From: a virus
Taxonomy: Duplodnaviria; Caudoviricetes
Length of the DNA: 64,000 nt
IMG/VR virus record: IMGVR_UViG_3300037067_027616
Span: 128,001-192,000 of that record
Strand: one strand, 5' to 3'
Shown here: positions 19,746-31,600 of the stretch, piece after piece
Layout of the letters: each line of letters opens with the position of its first letter
Position numbering within the stretch: position 1 is the stretch's first letter
Notes under the pieces: generated by a model
Database searches by the model: none
The model's input: the letters and a program-made list of their open reading frames with translations, nothing else
Told to the model about the DNA's origin: nothing
Made by a program: the position numbers and the translations under genes

Positions 19746-22025
19746 ATGAATAATTTTGTCGATATAGATGGGATAGCAGGCCCCCTGCGTGCCGTGTGGG
19801 TATCTAAAGACTCCCCCGAGGAGGCGGCCAGAAAGAACCCGCTCCTTGTCAATGACAAGCCCACTGTCGAATTCTATGACCTTCGAGGAAAACAGACGCC
19901 AAACGGCACCTATACAGGTGCTTCATATAATGCGGACGAATTATTGGACGTTAAGGGCGGACTTAATCTAAATATTGGCGTAAAGGATTGGAAGGTACCT
20001 CTTGAAAGCATGTCCAATGTAAAAGCGTGGATAAAAGCCAAAAGGGAATCAGAAGGTACTAAAATTGTACAGACCGAGGGTAAAATGGACACAAACGAAA
20101 TGGCTAGGAAGATGGCTGATGAAGGTCTTGTGGCTTCTTTGGCAGAGGCGCGCAGATTTATTGCAGCCGGGGTCGACATAGAGAAGCTTAAAGAAATGCG
20201 CAAAAGGCATTCTGAGCCATTGATGGCACGCCGAGACTACGGTACCAAGCAGGCGGATGATGGCCGTAAAGCCATAGAGGATGAGGCCCGGTCTCTTTTC
20301 AAAGCAAGTGCCTTGAGCTACGGTCGCACGGTCACACCAGAAATAGAGAATAATTTTGACAAATTCCTGGGGACGTGTACTACGAGTCAGATCAAACGGG
20401 CTATCGATGACATCAAAGGTGCGAATGTTGGTGCCACGCCGAGGCAGGCTGATGATGAAGAAGCTGACCCAGAGGTAGTGTTGAAGGCCCTTATGACGGA
20501 GCCTGAGCTGCTTAAGGCGGTCGGGGCTATTGTTGAGGCTGTTAAGAAAAAGGAATGGCTTGCACTTCCTATCGCACAAAGGATATATGGGGATTTGCGC
20601 GAATTGGGGGCCCTCAGGAATTTGGCGGCGGCAGATTCGGATCCGACAAAGATTTTGGAGTCCATAAAAAATGAGCCGGACTTCAACGAGACAGTGATGC
20701 GTTTGATGAATGAACATTTGGTGAAGAACCTCAGCGAGGCTCGCAGGCTCGCGGCGGCGGGTGTGACCCCCGAATTCTTGCGTCATATACGAGGAGAGCG
20801 TCCTATGGATCCAAAGGCCTTGAAAGAGAGAAGTTCTTACGTGGTCAAACAGCTTGATGTACTTGCTGATCGACTCGAGGCTTATGGATTGCGTGAGGCA
20901 TCGGAGAAGTTGGATATCATCTCGAACACGATTGAAGCGACGGACGGAAAACCAGATTTGAAGGACGATCTTTCCGTGAAATTCTGGGAAAAATATGGAG
21001 AACAAATCACAAAAATCTTTAGTAGAACATACGCTGTTATTAACGTTGATTCTGTAATTTCTTTAGAGTCACTTAAAAACTATTTCGTTCTTGTTTTTTC
21101 TTCTGGTGATATGCTTCTTAGTCAGCTAACAGAACTATCAAAAGTTCTACAAGATCCATCCATAAAGATAGCTTCAAAAGGGAGTAAATTGGCGCTTACG
21201 GTGGAGGTTCATGACATCGATAAAGTTGTCACACCGAAAGATGCCGCCGCACTCGCCAACAAGCCTTATGTGGTCGAGCAATTGGAAAAGGTTGGATTCG
21301 AGGTATCACAGTATCCAGGCAGCGAAGAGTATCTCAAAGAATTATGGAAGAACAAGGATCCGATACAGCACCATTCAGTGCATGCCTGGTTGGTGTCACC
21401 TCCTGCGGACAGGGTATTTAACGTGGAAGGCATCGAACAAGAAAACGTGATATTGGTTACTCCGGGATCGGCGGAGAAGGAGCAGGAGGGGTATTTCACC
21501 GGAGAATCTCCCGATGATTACAAGTACCTAGTTATGAAGGCCTCTAAACCTTACAAAGGTATCGAATCGGAAGATATCATCGTTTCATCCAACAGGGAAC
21601 AGGATTTAATATCCAAACTGAAGAGGCTGCTAAAACCTGAAGGAATCGCAAAGTTGGCCACCAAATATTTGAGGGATACACCCACCAATGAGGTGCATGA
21701 ATTTTTGAAGAAAGCCGGCGAAAGTGTAAGTTTCCCGATCCATTTTTCGGATAATCCCGAACACCCTGAATTGAAAAGGGTGTTCACGTGGCTCACCAGG
21801 CACAAGATGGGGCCTGCGTTTGGCAGCCGACCTATAGGTTGGTATCAGCAGCACCAAATGGCCGCCATAGATATCATAGAGGAAGCTGTAAAAAAGGCCG
21901 TGGGCACCGGCGAGGTGCGTGTTGAGAAGGGTGATTTGATGGTGACCACAAACGGGCGCGATTGGGAAAGACTGATGAGTTGTGAAGAGGTTTACAAGAA
22001 AGCTGACGCGGCAGCCAGAAAATAA
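19746..22025 (+). CDS. modular hypothetical protein, putative virion-internal
   Basis: Carries the shared LDxxAxxLExxG module and a duplicated SLAEARR/NLSEARR helix. Confidence 0.75.
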   Translation: MNNFVDIDGIAGPLRAVWVSKDSPEEAARKNPLLVNDKPTVEFYDLRGKQTPNGTYTGASYNADELLDVKGGLNLNIGVKDWKVPLESMSNVKAWIKAKRESEGTKIVQTEGKMDTNEMARKMADEGLVASLAEARRFIAAGVDIEKLKEMRKRHSEPLMARRDYGTKQADDGRKAIEDEARSLFKASALSYGRTVTPEIENNFDKFLGTCTTSQIKRAIDDIKGANVGATPRQADDEEADPEVVLKALMTEPELLKAVGAIVEAVKKKEWLALPIAQRIYGDLRELGALRNLAAADSDPTKILESIKNEPDFNETVMRLMNEHLVKNLSEARRLAAAGVTPEFLRHIRGERPMDPKALKERSSYVVKQLDVLADRLEAYGLREASEKLDIISNTIEATDGKPDLKDDLSVKFWEKYGEQITKIFSRTYAVINVDSVISLESLKNYFVLVFSSGDMLLSQLTELSKVLQDPSIKIASKGSKLALTVEVHDIDKVVTPKDAAALANKPYVVEQLEKVGFEVSQYPGSEEYLKELWKNKDPIQHHSVHAWLVSPPADRVFNVEGIEQENVILVTPGSAEKEQEGYFTGESPDDYKYLVMKASKPYKGIESEDIIVSSNREQDLISKLKRLLKPEGIAKLATKYLRDTPTNEVHEFLKKAGESVSFPIHFSDNPEHPELKRVFTWLTRHKMGPAFGSRPIGWYQQHQMAAIDIIEEAVKKAVGTGEVRVEKGDLMVTTNGRDWERLMSCEEVYKKADAAARK

Positions 22026-22264
22026 CGGCATGAGACTCATTCCACAGGGGGAACTTCCCCTCACCCGCACGATGCGGGACTTGTTCCCGGGGCTGGTCGT
22101 TGAATGCGACCGGCCCCCACGGGACGAACCTTTGTGCGACATAGCCTCCAGGGAGGGCGCATACATAGGTGGAGCGGCAGGAACAAGATCAGACATCGAG
22201 CAGGCCCTAGATGAATGGGGTTGGCTCAAGAGACGCAGGAACACCACATCCAAAGGAGATACAA

Positions 22265-22597
22265 ATGAACCGCAAAACGAAGACCCCCGCCAAATCAAAG
22301 TTGAGTGTTGACAAAAACGGGTTCGGCAAGCACCTCGCCTCTGTTTTGAAAGAAATGTGCCGAAGGGTCAAGGCGAAATACGACGACATCGACTTCAAAT
22401 CTTCAGGTTGGTTTCGTCAGTATAAATGGACCCGGGAACAAGAGAAGTCGTTCGAGGGGTGGCTCACCGACTATTTGTACCATTCGCGCGAGGCACGTTG
22501 GGAGTTATGCGAACGTGGGTTATATATCGACAAAAAATGGTGCAAAAAGGTTGCTGAAGAGTTCACATTCATGTACGGGTGGGTTCTCTCCGATTAG
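22265..22597 (+). CDS. hypothetical protein
   Basis: Start MNRK after AAGGAG RBS. Confidence 0.65.
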   Translation: MNRKTKTPAKSKLSVDKNGFGKHLASVLKEMCRRVKAKYDDIDFKSSGWFRQYKWTREQEKSFEGWLTDYLYHSREARWELCERGLYIDKKWCKKVAEEFTFMYGWVLSD

Positions 22598-22944
22598 TAG
22601 CCCATAAGGCTTCTTAAATCGGATATACAGGATCTAATCAAGTCTCGTTGCATATGAAGTGAATGTTGCAATTTTAGGTCATCTTTGAAAGCTTCGGCGG
22701 CCCGGTGCATATCGGATGCTTTGACTTCCCATTTATCGATGAGGGCGTGTAAACCCTCCTGGGGAATGGCACGTTTTTTAAGCGTATCCCGGCGATCTAA
22801 TTCGATTTCTATTTCGGAACACATGTTTTGTGCTTGTACGTATGCAGACTCTGCCTTAGAAAGGTGTTCGGATGCCCTATCAAGTTCTTCATTGAGCTGC
22901 ATTTCGTCCAGATTTTTGAGGTTAGCCATTGGTATTCCTTTCAC
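22594..22944 (-). CDS. coiled-coil hypothetical protein
   Basis: ORF with AAGGA RBS. Confidence 0.6.
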   Translation of the reverse strand: MKGIPMANLKNLDEMQLNEELDRASEHLSKAESAYVQAQNMCSEIEIELDRRDTLKKRAIPQEGLHALIDKWEVKASDMHRAAEAFKDDLKLQHSLHMQRDLIRSCISDLRSLMGY

Positions 22945-23034
22945 CTTATGTCACCAAAATTAGAAGGTTATTTCTAAATAATACTTTATTGATACTTATG
23001 AGGTTAAGTAACACGTACCCACAAGGGGATCGTC

Positions 23035-25590
23035 ATGGCATTTCTATCTCTCCACGCGATACACGGCGTCATCGATTCTTTCCTGCACAATACCCAATAT
23101 ATGTTCAGGACAGCCAAAGAGGCTCCGGATATTGATGATGCTTATGAAGATGCAAAAAAAGAGGTCAACAAAGCCGGAATAAATTACGACAGGAATATAG
23201 GAAGGGCCTTCGGGCAACTTCTTACGCAGGCGATAGATCTTCCTGAAGATCCTTCGAAGTCTACTTTTTGGGGAGATGAGGACGTCGTAGATCTTTTGAA
23301 CAAGCTACCCTACCTCATACCGCATTGGACAGGTGAAGCTTTCGGTAAGGCTTTCGCCAAGAAGCTTAACCGATCGATGGGATCTTACGTCTACAAGTTA
23401 TTTGGTCGCTCGGATGAGGACTACAAAAAGCCAAAAACCATTGCGTGGTTTGAGTCCGGGGATCTTAACCCACAAGAAATTTTTAAAAGATTTGCTGTCA
23501 TACTCAACAAAGAGTCAAAGAAAAATTATACCCCCGAAACGGTACGAGAAAATTTCAAGTATGAAAAAAAAGAAAAGCCGTCCTATGATGACTACGATTT
23601 GAGAACAAATTCCACGGTGACAGCACAAAAAGCCCTTGAGTCAACAGTATCCATGTTGAGTGATGAACTTATAAATCCAAGCAACTTTATTAACAAGTTG
23701 GCAGAGCAAAGAGGTGGTAAAGAGGTTGCCGTGTCGTGGATGCGCCCACCACGAGGTAAAGCACCCTCCGCCAAAGAACAAACAGAAGAAACCGATCGCC
23801 GCAAGATGGACCCCGAAGTGGCAGATAAAATGTTCGAGGCCTTGGAATCGAAGCGACCGTTACACTGGAAATATGTCCGGCCGGAAGTTGCCCCTGGAAA
23901 AGGGGGTGCTGCCGTTACCATGTTGACTGTCTTTTTCCCGGCTCTTGGTGATAAAGAGTACAGCATTGTAGTACCCAATGACGTTGGATTAGCTCTTCGT
24001 GACTCACGTAAGGGTGAAGAGTATACGTTGCGCGTACTTGATTATGACCCGTCCAAAGGGTTCAAAGTTTCTTTCGACGGGTTCAAAGACAAGATACTTC
24101 TTTCAAGAAGAGAATCCATAAGGAAAACAGGTGTAACGGCCAAGCAGCTCTCTGACGCCATCAGGGATTTTATAGATGACTATGCTTCAGAACTTGTAAA
24201 ACCCACAATCTCTGAAGATGTTACAAAAGTAGCCGAACAGTTCTTTGGAAGAGTCATAGTCGATGGAAAGAACGTGGCGACTGATCAAGGCCTTTCTGAA
24301 TTGATTGACCTCCACGAACAACGTAAGATCCAAAGGGACCCCCGTGGAGGCAAGAAAAAAGATCCCGAAGACCAAAGCGAAGAGTCTGTGCTGAAAAGGT
24401 ACCTTAAAGAAAAAGAAGAACTCGAAAATAAACGCAAAGTGCAAGAAGAAGGCGTAGGCGAGGACATCGCATGGGTGCAACACCAAAGGATGGATCACGC
24501 AAATAAGGCGGCCTCAAAAATAGCCGACAAGATATCACGATCTCCATCGATACCCGAAAAAGGGCGCTTCACGCATAAAAGTGATACATGGACATATGCC
24601 AATGCTTTGAGAAGTAAAGCCGGGATAAGGTGGCTGGTCGAACTCGCAACATCAGAGGCGTTGCTTCCGACAAAAACAGGGAAAATACCGTGGGACACGT
24701 TAATAAATAACATCATGAAGTCCGACATTATCGGGAACGCCGAAAAATCGGTGTTGTTAGGCGGGAGTTCGATAGAAAAGATTCTACCAGCATTAAAAGT
24801 CGCCTATATCGCCCATAATGCGTCCATGTCAGATGACCAAAAAAGAAGTGCCTATGAGGAATACATGAAAGGCACTTTAAAAGTAAACCCTACCGAGCGT
24901 TCCGAGATATCCAAAGACTTGGCATCAAAGGAAGTTGACTACATCAGGACCAACATCGTTGACAACGTCAAAGAGGAGATACAAAGGGCTTTTATAAACA
25001 TGTACGCTGCGGGTGATCCGGACATTGTAGATATCGTAGAGGTTTCAAAAGCGCGCCTCCCGGAACGTATGACGGAAGAGGAGAAAGAGGAGTGGGACAT
25101 CGACAAGAAAAAGAAAAAGGTGACCACGACTTTCAAAACTAGAATCGATGAGGCCCGTGAAAGAATAAAGAACATAAGGGACTTCAATAGTCAAAAAGCC
25201 CGCGCCTTGGAAGACATTTTGGAAAACGGAGATTATGGAAAGGTACGTAAGGATCTTAAAGCTGTCAAAATGTCCCCCAAAGCCTTGGAAACATTCGAAG
25301 AACTTGAAAAATCTGGAAAAGCCACCCCGGACACTGCGGAATACGAAGGGATGCTCTCCAAAATAGAAACTGTTTCCGATGCCTACGAAAGAGCCTTGAA
25401 CGATGAGTCTGATAAGAGCCTTGAGAAGGTATTCAAGTCTGTTGCAACGAAGCAGAAAGGTAAAGAGGATACTTCGGGGGTAACAGAAAAACCAGAAGAT
25501 ACCTCGGAGGAAACAGAAGAACTTGAGGATAAACAGGCATCGTTGAACAGACTTGCTGTTAAAATTGCCTTTTCTAAAATGGGTTTGTAA
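23035..25590 (+). CDS. large Lys/Glu-rich hypothetical protein, putative virion-internal
   Basis: 851-aa ORF; C-terminal EDKQAS motif shared with next gene. Confidence 0.8.
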   Translation: MAFLSLHAIHGVIDSFLHNTQYMFRTAKEAPDIDDAYEDAKKEVNKAGINYDRNIGRAFGQLLTQAIDLPEDPSKSTFWGDEDVVDLLNKLPYLIPHWTGEAFGKAFAKKLNRSMGSYVYKLFGRSDEDYKKPKTIAWFESGDLNPQEIFKRFAVILNKESKKNYTPETVRENFKYEKKEKPSYDDYDLRTNSTVTAQKALESTVSMLSDELINPSNFINKLAEQRGGKEVAVSWMRPPRGKAPSAKEQTEETDRRKMDPEVADKMFEALESKRPLHWKYVRPEVAPGKGGAAVTMLTVFFPALGDKEYSIVVPNDVGLALRDSRKGEEYTLRVLDYDPSKGFKVSFDGFKDKILLSRRESIRKTGVTAKQLSDAIRDFIDDYASELVKPTISEDVTKVAEQFFGRVIVDGKNVATDQGLSELIDLHEQRKIQRDPRGGKKKDPEDQSEESVLKRYLKEKEELENKRKVQEEGVGEDIAWVQHQRMDHANKAASKIADKISRSPSIPEKGRFTHKSDTWTYANALRSKAGIRWLVELATSEALLPTKTGKIPWDTLINNIMKSDIIGNAEKSVLLGGSSIEKILPALKVAYIAHNASMSDDQKRSAYEEYMKGTLKVNPTERSEISKDLASKEVDYIRTNIVDNVKEEIQRAFINMYAAGDPDIVDIVEVSKARLPERMTEEEKEEWDIDKKKKKVTTTFKTRIDEARERIKNIRDFNSQKARALEDILENGDYGKVRKDLKAVKMSPKALETFEELEKSGKATPDTAEYEGMLSKIETVSDAYERALNDESDKSLEKVFKSVATKQKGKEDTSGVTEKPEDTSEETEELEDKQASLNRLAVKIAFSKMGL

Positions 25591-25624
25591 ATTTGAAACA
25601 TATTCGGAATATTGATAGGGGACT

Positions 25625-28600
25625 ATGGCTATTATGACCAACAAACTCGGCGTAGAACTTATGAATAAACTGGTAGGGTTGACGACCAGCGATGTCTATG
25701 ATCCAAAACGCGACCGAAAGTTGTTCGGTGACTTCACGGATGAACTCGTTAGGGAAATTTCTGGCGCGACTTATGCCCCTGAAGTTGTGGGTGTTATAGA
25801 GGAAACTGCCAAGAACGCCCAACAGGACGAATCTGCTGAATTCAGCAAAATGACCCACCAAAACAAAATAAAAGAATTGATTCGCGTATTGCATTGGGCA
25901 GAAGACACGACAGACCTTACACTTGGTCAAGCACCACAGGTATCTGCCCGAATACTTAAATCTATATACATACCGGATGTGTCCCACGTGAAAACGGATA
26001 CGAATGCTCCGGAGTTGGTTAATGCAGGTCCTCTTACAGAAGCCGAACTCAGTTTTTTCGAGAACGCCCCTGCATCGGCCACTATGTCAGAATACAACGA
26101 AGAACGCAACAAGCGTACCCCCACCAAAGATACCCTGCCGGAAACGTACGATCCGCTTACTTGGAATGACATAGGCAAAGACGCAGACGTGCAAAAGGTA
26201 ATCAACGCCGTGAGGTTCTTCCTTGGAAACCGCGAAGTCAAGGATGGAAAAAAGACCTATTCAAGGCGTGTGAAGGAACCACCCCTCAAGAGGTATCTCG
26301 CCGATTTGGCAACAGATGAGGCTGAAAATGAAGGCGAATCAAAAAAAGGCGGTACGGAAAGCGCCCAAAAAGTAAAAGACTTGATATTCAGGTTGCTTGG
26401 CCACGTGCGCGATGAGAAATACAAAGCTTGGGATGAAGCGCGCCGCAAGATGGTCGAACAACAACACGCTATCAATCCAGAACCTCTCAGTCCTGTCGAA
26501 AAAACCCACGCCATGTTCTATGGTGAAAACCACGGTAAAGACAGCGATGCCGCTAAAACTCTTGGAAGAACGAAGGCGCAACTCAAGCACGCAGTGGATA
26601 ATATCTTCAACAAAAGCGTTACTAAGTCCGGGGACATCCTTGGCGACCACAAAGTTGTGGCAATCAACGCAGGCGCCTTGAACGCTTCTATAAAAGCCTT
26701 CAAAAGATATCTCCAAGAAATGGGAAAAGAACGAAAAAGCAAAGATGACAGTGGCAAGGATATTGCCGTCCCAACAAACTTGCAAACGGATTTGAAGAGC
26801 CTGAAGAACTTCATAAACACCGGGGCTCACAAACCGGACATGCAAACATATAAGGATTTGCTCGGGCAACTTAATGGTGCTATTTCTGACGCCAACCTCA
26901 CCGAGGATCAAAGGGATTCTCTTTATGGGATATTCCCCAGTGCCTCCGGCGAAGAACGGTCGATGAAAACGGTGAATGACTGGATCTCCGGATTAGAAGA
27001 ACGCTCTGGATCTGCTAAAAAGAGGTCAAAGGAAATCGAAGATAAAATAAAGTTGCCTGAAGAAGATCGTGGGTCTTTGAAGAACATGATCGAACTTGCC
27101 AATAATAAAAGGTCAGAAGCTTACGAAGCTTATAGGAAGGCCCATACCCTCTCCGAGGATCTTGCCCCGAAGATCTTGAGAGATCTGCGGTCTCCGTTTC
27201 TCGTGCGCGGTGCGGATTTGTCTAACAAGGAAATTGAAGAATTGGCCGATCGCGTGTACAAGGTTACTTTGGAAAAATATGCTCCCAGGTACGGTGAGGA
27301 GAATGTAAAACGAGTTTTTGATTATGCTAAAAAGTACATGTTGGCTAAACATGAAGAGGAATCAACGTTGGAGGACATCAAATCTTCAAAAGATGGTGAA
27401 CTTTTGTATAACCTTGATACAGCCAAGAAAAACGAAGAAAACACTAAAAGACTTCTTGACGGCGCATTGTCACTCGTTGTGGAGAAAAGCACACCAGGAG
27501 ATAAAAATAAGTCGTATGACTTCTCGAACGATTCTTTGAAAGATATTCACAAAAAAGCTGACGGCCTTGTGAATTGGGTGTTCAATACAAGGGACGAGAG
27601 CATCAAATCAGCAAATTTCAAGGGTGTGAGAGATTTGATCCAAAAGCTTGATGACATACGAAAGAAGCTCGTCAAACTTTCGAGGACCTCCAAAGCAGCA
27701 ATGTTTTGGGACTATGGAACCGGTTGGATGTATCGGGACAAAGATGCAAAAACTCCCGCAGCATTCGGAGAGGGTAAATTTGACGAAGGAGCGTTGCTTT
27801 CTGATGACCCGGAAAAATGGATATCTGATTTACAAAATGACAGCAGGCTGAATTTTCTTGAAACGAAAACAGATGAACTATTTAAAGCCGGAAAAGGAAA
27901 GCCAGAAACAGTTGCTGGTCCGAGCTTCTCTCAAATACCCGTTATTTACAACCACATTGTTCGATTGATATCAAAATTGAAAAATTTCGACCCAAATGCG
28001 GTGAAGGACAAAATGATAAACGAGGCTATTTCGAGGGCCAACATTGGATACACTATTCGTTCGAAAGAAACCCAGAAGAAGAAAAAAACCGAAGAGAAGG
28101 AACGTCAGAAAGCCTACGAATCAGAAAACATAAAGCCCATTGAAATGGTTAAAGCAGAACCTGCGGCTCAACCACAACCCGAAGCCACGCCAAAAAGCGC
28201 TTCAAGTTTGTCCCAACTTGTAGTAGCGTTCATGGACAGGGTGGCCGCTATGCGCGAGGCCACATTTGATTTCTTGAGTCGCACCGCGAAGGGAAGAAAA
28301 ATACGTCCCGAGATACTCCCCGCCCATACGAAGCGCGAGAAGAAAACCGGCCCTGTGTACCTCAACGCATTTTTCATCGACCCCGATGGTGCCGATGAAT
28401 TCATACTTGAATTGGAAAGAAACGGTTTTGACTTCGTGAACTCGTTGGCCATGGAGGATGAAGCCCTATCGGGTAAAACCCCGAAGGAACTTGAGGAAAA
28501 GATGCCCGGTCCGGAGAAAAAGCCGGAACAGGCACAACCAGCCCGGGGTCACAAATTCGATATAGACGAAGCCATAGTAAAGACGATGATGAAAGGATCT

Positions 28601-31600
28601 TCGAGAATTCAAGAGCATATCTTGAAAAACAAAGATCGCATGGCGGATGTGCTTGGCAAACGTCTTAAAAACGTAGATGACCAGATGAAAGATGCGAAGA
28701 GAATGGTCGATGTCTACACTGCTGAGGTGGCAAACACCGAATTAAGAAACAAATTGAGCTTTTTGAAAGAACTTGCCTCATTCATACGGAATCCGGAGAA
28801 GGTAATAAAAGACTACGTACCTTTGGCGTTCCCTGAAAAAGCATGGAGCATGAGGCAACGTGAATTAAAGAACCAACAAAAGGATGTCGAGAAAATAATA
28901 GAAAAGGTCAAGCGTCGTAAAGAATTTGACCTCCGTCGCAATAAATTGAAAGCTAAATACGAAAGCATGGGGATCGACCCCGAAACGCGTGATGACTATC
29001 GTTATGCTGACAAGGTAGTTAAGCAAGTCGATAATTTGAAGAAGTTCATGTCTTTGAGCGAGTTGTATGAAATGTACGAAGACTTGCCGGAGTACGACAA
29101 GATAAACAGGCAGATACGGGGCATACGCAGTCGGGCAAATAAAAAAGGCCAGATGACTGATGCTGAATCGGATGAATTGTACGCCTTGGAGCAACGGGTA
29201 AGCAGACTTGATGCGTATTTGTCCAAAAAGGAAAGCTTCAAAAATATTCAGAAGCTTTATCCTGCAGAATCTGCACAATATACGGATCCCGAAACCGAAG
29301 CCTTGTACAAAAAACAGGTGAAAGACGTTCCTGAAGATGTCAAATCCGAGAAGCGTTATCAGTACGAGCAGAGGATGAAGGAGTTAGATGACCTGTCATC
29401 ATGGGATGAATTCAAGTCGTGGATAAGGAAGATACAGAAGGCGAAGCCCTCATCAGAAACAACATCAAAAGTATCCTTGGAGATTACTAGACAAAAGGCT
29501 TTGATAGAATCTCTGAAGAAAAGAATATCCAAGGCGGAAGGGGAAGCAAAATCTTTAAAGGGTGAAGATGCCACGAAGGCGAAGGCTCTCATCGATGATT
29601 TGAAGAAAAATCTTACCTCTGCGGAATCGAGCCTCTCCCAAGATGAGAAGAAGTTAGTAACCATGACTTCCCGCAAAAAAGGTCTTGGGGACACCCAATT
29701 TGGGAAAACGGAACCCAAAGAATTGGTTCGTTTAAGGAAAGAAGTTGCCGATGCCGAGGAACAACTGAAGAACGCCCCCGAAAACGAACGTGAAAACGCT
29801 AAAACTCGTCTTGAAGGACTAAAAGGTAAATTGACATCTGCAGAGGAAGATTTCAAAAAAACAAAAGCTTTGCGTGAAAAAGGGGTAAGTGACATAGGCC
29901 TTGGAGAATACGAGCCCAAAGAAGGTCGCAGATTGTGGGACAGATTCATGGACAATGTTAAAAATATCGTTGTCTTGGGAATGAAGAAAGATAGATATCC
30001 TAAGATGCTATTTGATTTGGCTAACGAAAACGTACTTTCGTACGTGGCGCCAGACGAATTCTTAAAAACGGTAAGCGATATGGAAAGACGCCTTTCGGAA
30101 GCTGGTGTAAAAAAATATTTGGTTCTCAAAAATTTGTTCGGATCCGAAGGCGATTGGAACACGATGAAGTCCTCCATAGAAAAACGCTTGGATTCGCTGA
30201 AAACCAATGCCGAAGACAAGAAGAAGGTGTTGGGGGAGGCCAGGAAGAAGCTGGAGGAACTCAAAAAAAGCACACCGGTGGAACCTGGAGAAGACGAACA
30301 AAATGTAGTGACAGAAGCCGAGTCCGATGTGAAAGGCCTTGAGAACGACATATCCTATACACTTGAAAACGAAAAAGCTTTACGCGGATTGATGGAAGAA
30401 ATAGACTCCATGTACTCCAAGCAGAAGGAATTGAGCAAAGCCTCTGAACCCGGGCTATCAAAAAATATCAATGAGGTGTTGTCGAAACCGCTACCGAAGC
30501 CCACAATGACAGATGCTGAAATGAAACAGACGGTCGAACAGTATGTGAAATCCAAAAACAGGCAAAAAATAATTGACTTCGTATTGGATGTGGACAATGC
30601 CAACAAGCCCATACAGAACGAATTGGAAATCTTGAAGAACACAAAATCTTCTGTGGACAAACTCTATGGGGACAGTCCAGAACGACAGGAAATGTATCGC
30701 AAGGTTGATGACAGAAAGAAAGAATTGTCTGAACTCCTTGTCAGTGACCCTCGAGAGTATTATGTCAACAAGGTTGTCGAGGGCTTCAAATCCCGTATGA
30801 AGGAAATGAGTCCCGAGCAGGAGAGCAAAATAAGAAAAGAACTCACGGAACATTTGGAAAAGAAAATCCCGGGTTCAAGGTGGAAAGCATACGAAGAAGA
30901 AGAGAAAAAGAAGGAAACTTCGGGATTAAAACCAAAAATGGTCATTGAAAAATACCTTCAATTATACCCCCTGTCATTCGGCGGTGAATCGGCCATAAGA
31001 GCTGTCGCCAAAAGTACCGTTGATTCCTTAAGTAAAAAGGCAGACGGCACCACGGATTCCCTAGGATTCAAAGAACTCGTGCGGGATGCTAAAAAATACG
31101 AATCCACTGCGCTCCAATTGGGAGACAGTTTCAAAAAATTTGTTGTAATAGGAACTACACAGGTTGTTATTAGATCTTTAGAGGATGTCGACAAGATGGA
31201 AAATCGATTTGTAAATTCTCTCTCTACGGTAAATGCCTATATCGATTTTGCCAACGAAACGCGTGCTGTGGTTGACTCCGCAGCGAATAAACTTGAAGCA
31301 TCCATTCCTAAAGACACACAAGAATGGAAGAAAAGTTCTGCCGAGGGCGTTAAGAAATTGGAGGAAATGAAGAAAGAAATAGATGACTTTTGGTCAGAGA
31401 TTAAAAAAGATATACTTGAATACAGAAAAAACAAAAATTTAAAACTAAACCTTGGCAAGGCCCAGCCTTTGAAGCCGGAAGAATCAGATCCGTTTTGGAG
31501 CACTCGGACACGCTACGAGGACATGCCAAAAGCACAAAAAGGAGTACCCGGACGCACAAAGCGCAAGACAGATTACCCGCTCCAAAAGGATACTGACCCC

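Noticed and set aside
19690-25620. Late-promoter consensus (TAATA / TTGATA) upstream of putative virion genes
   Set aside because: Too short and inconsistently spaced to support by eye.
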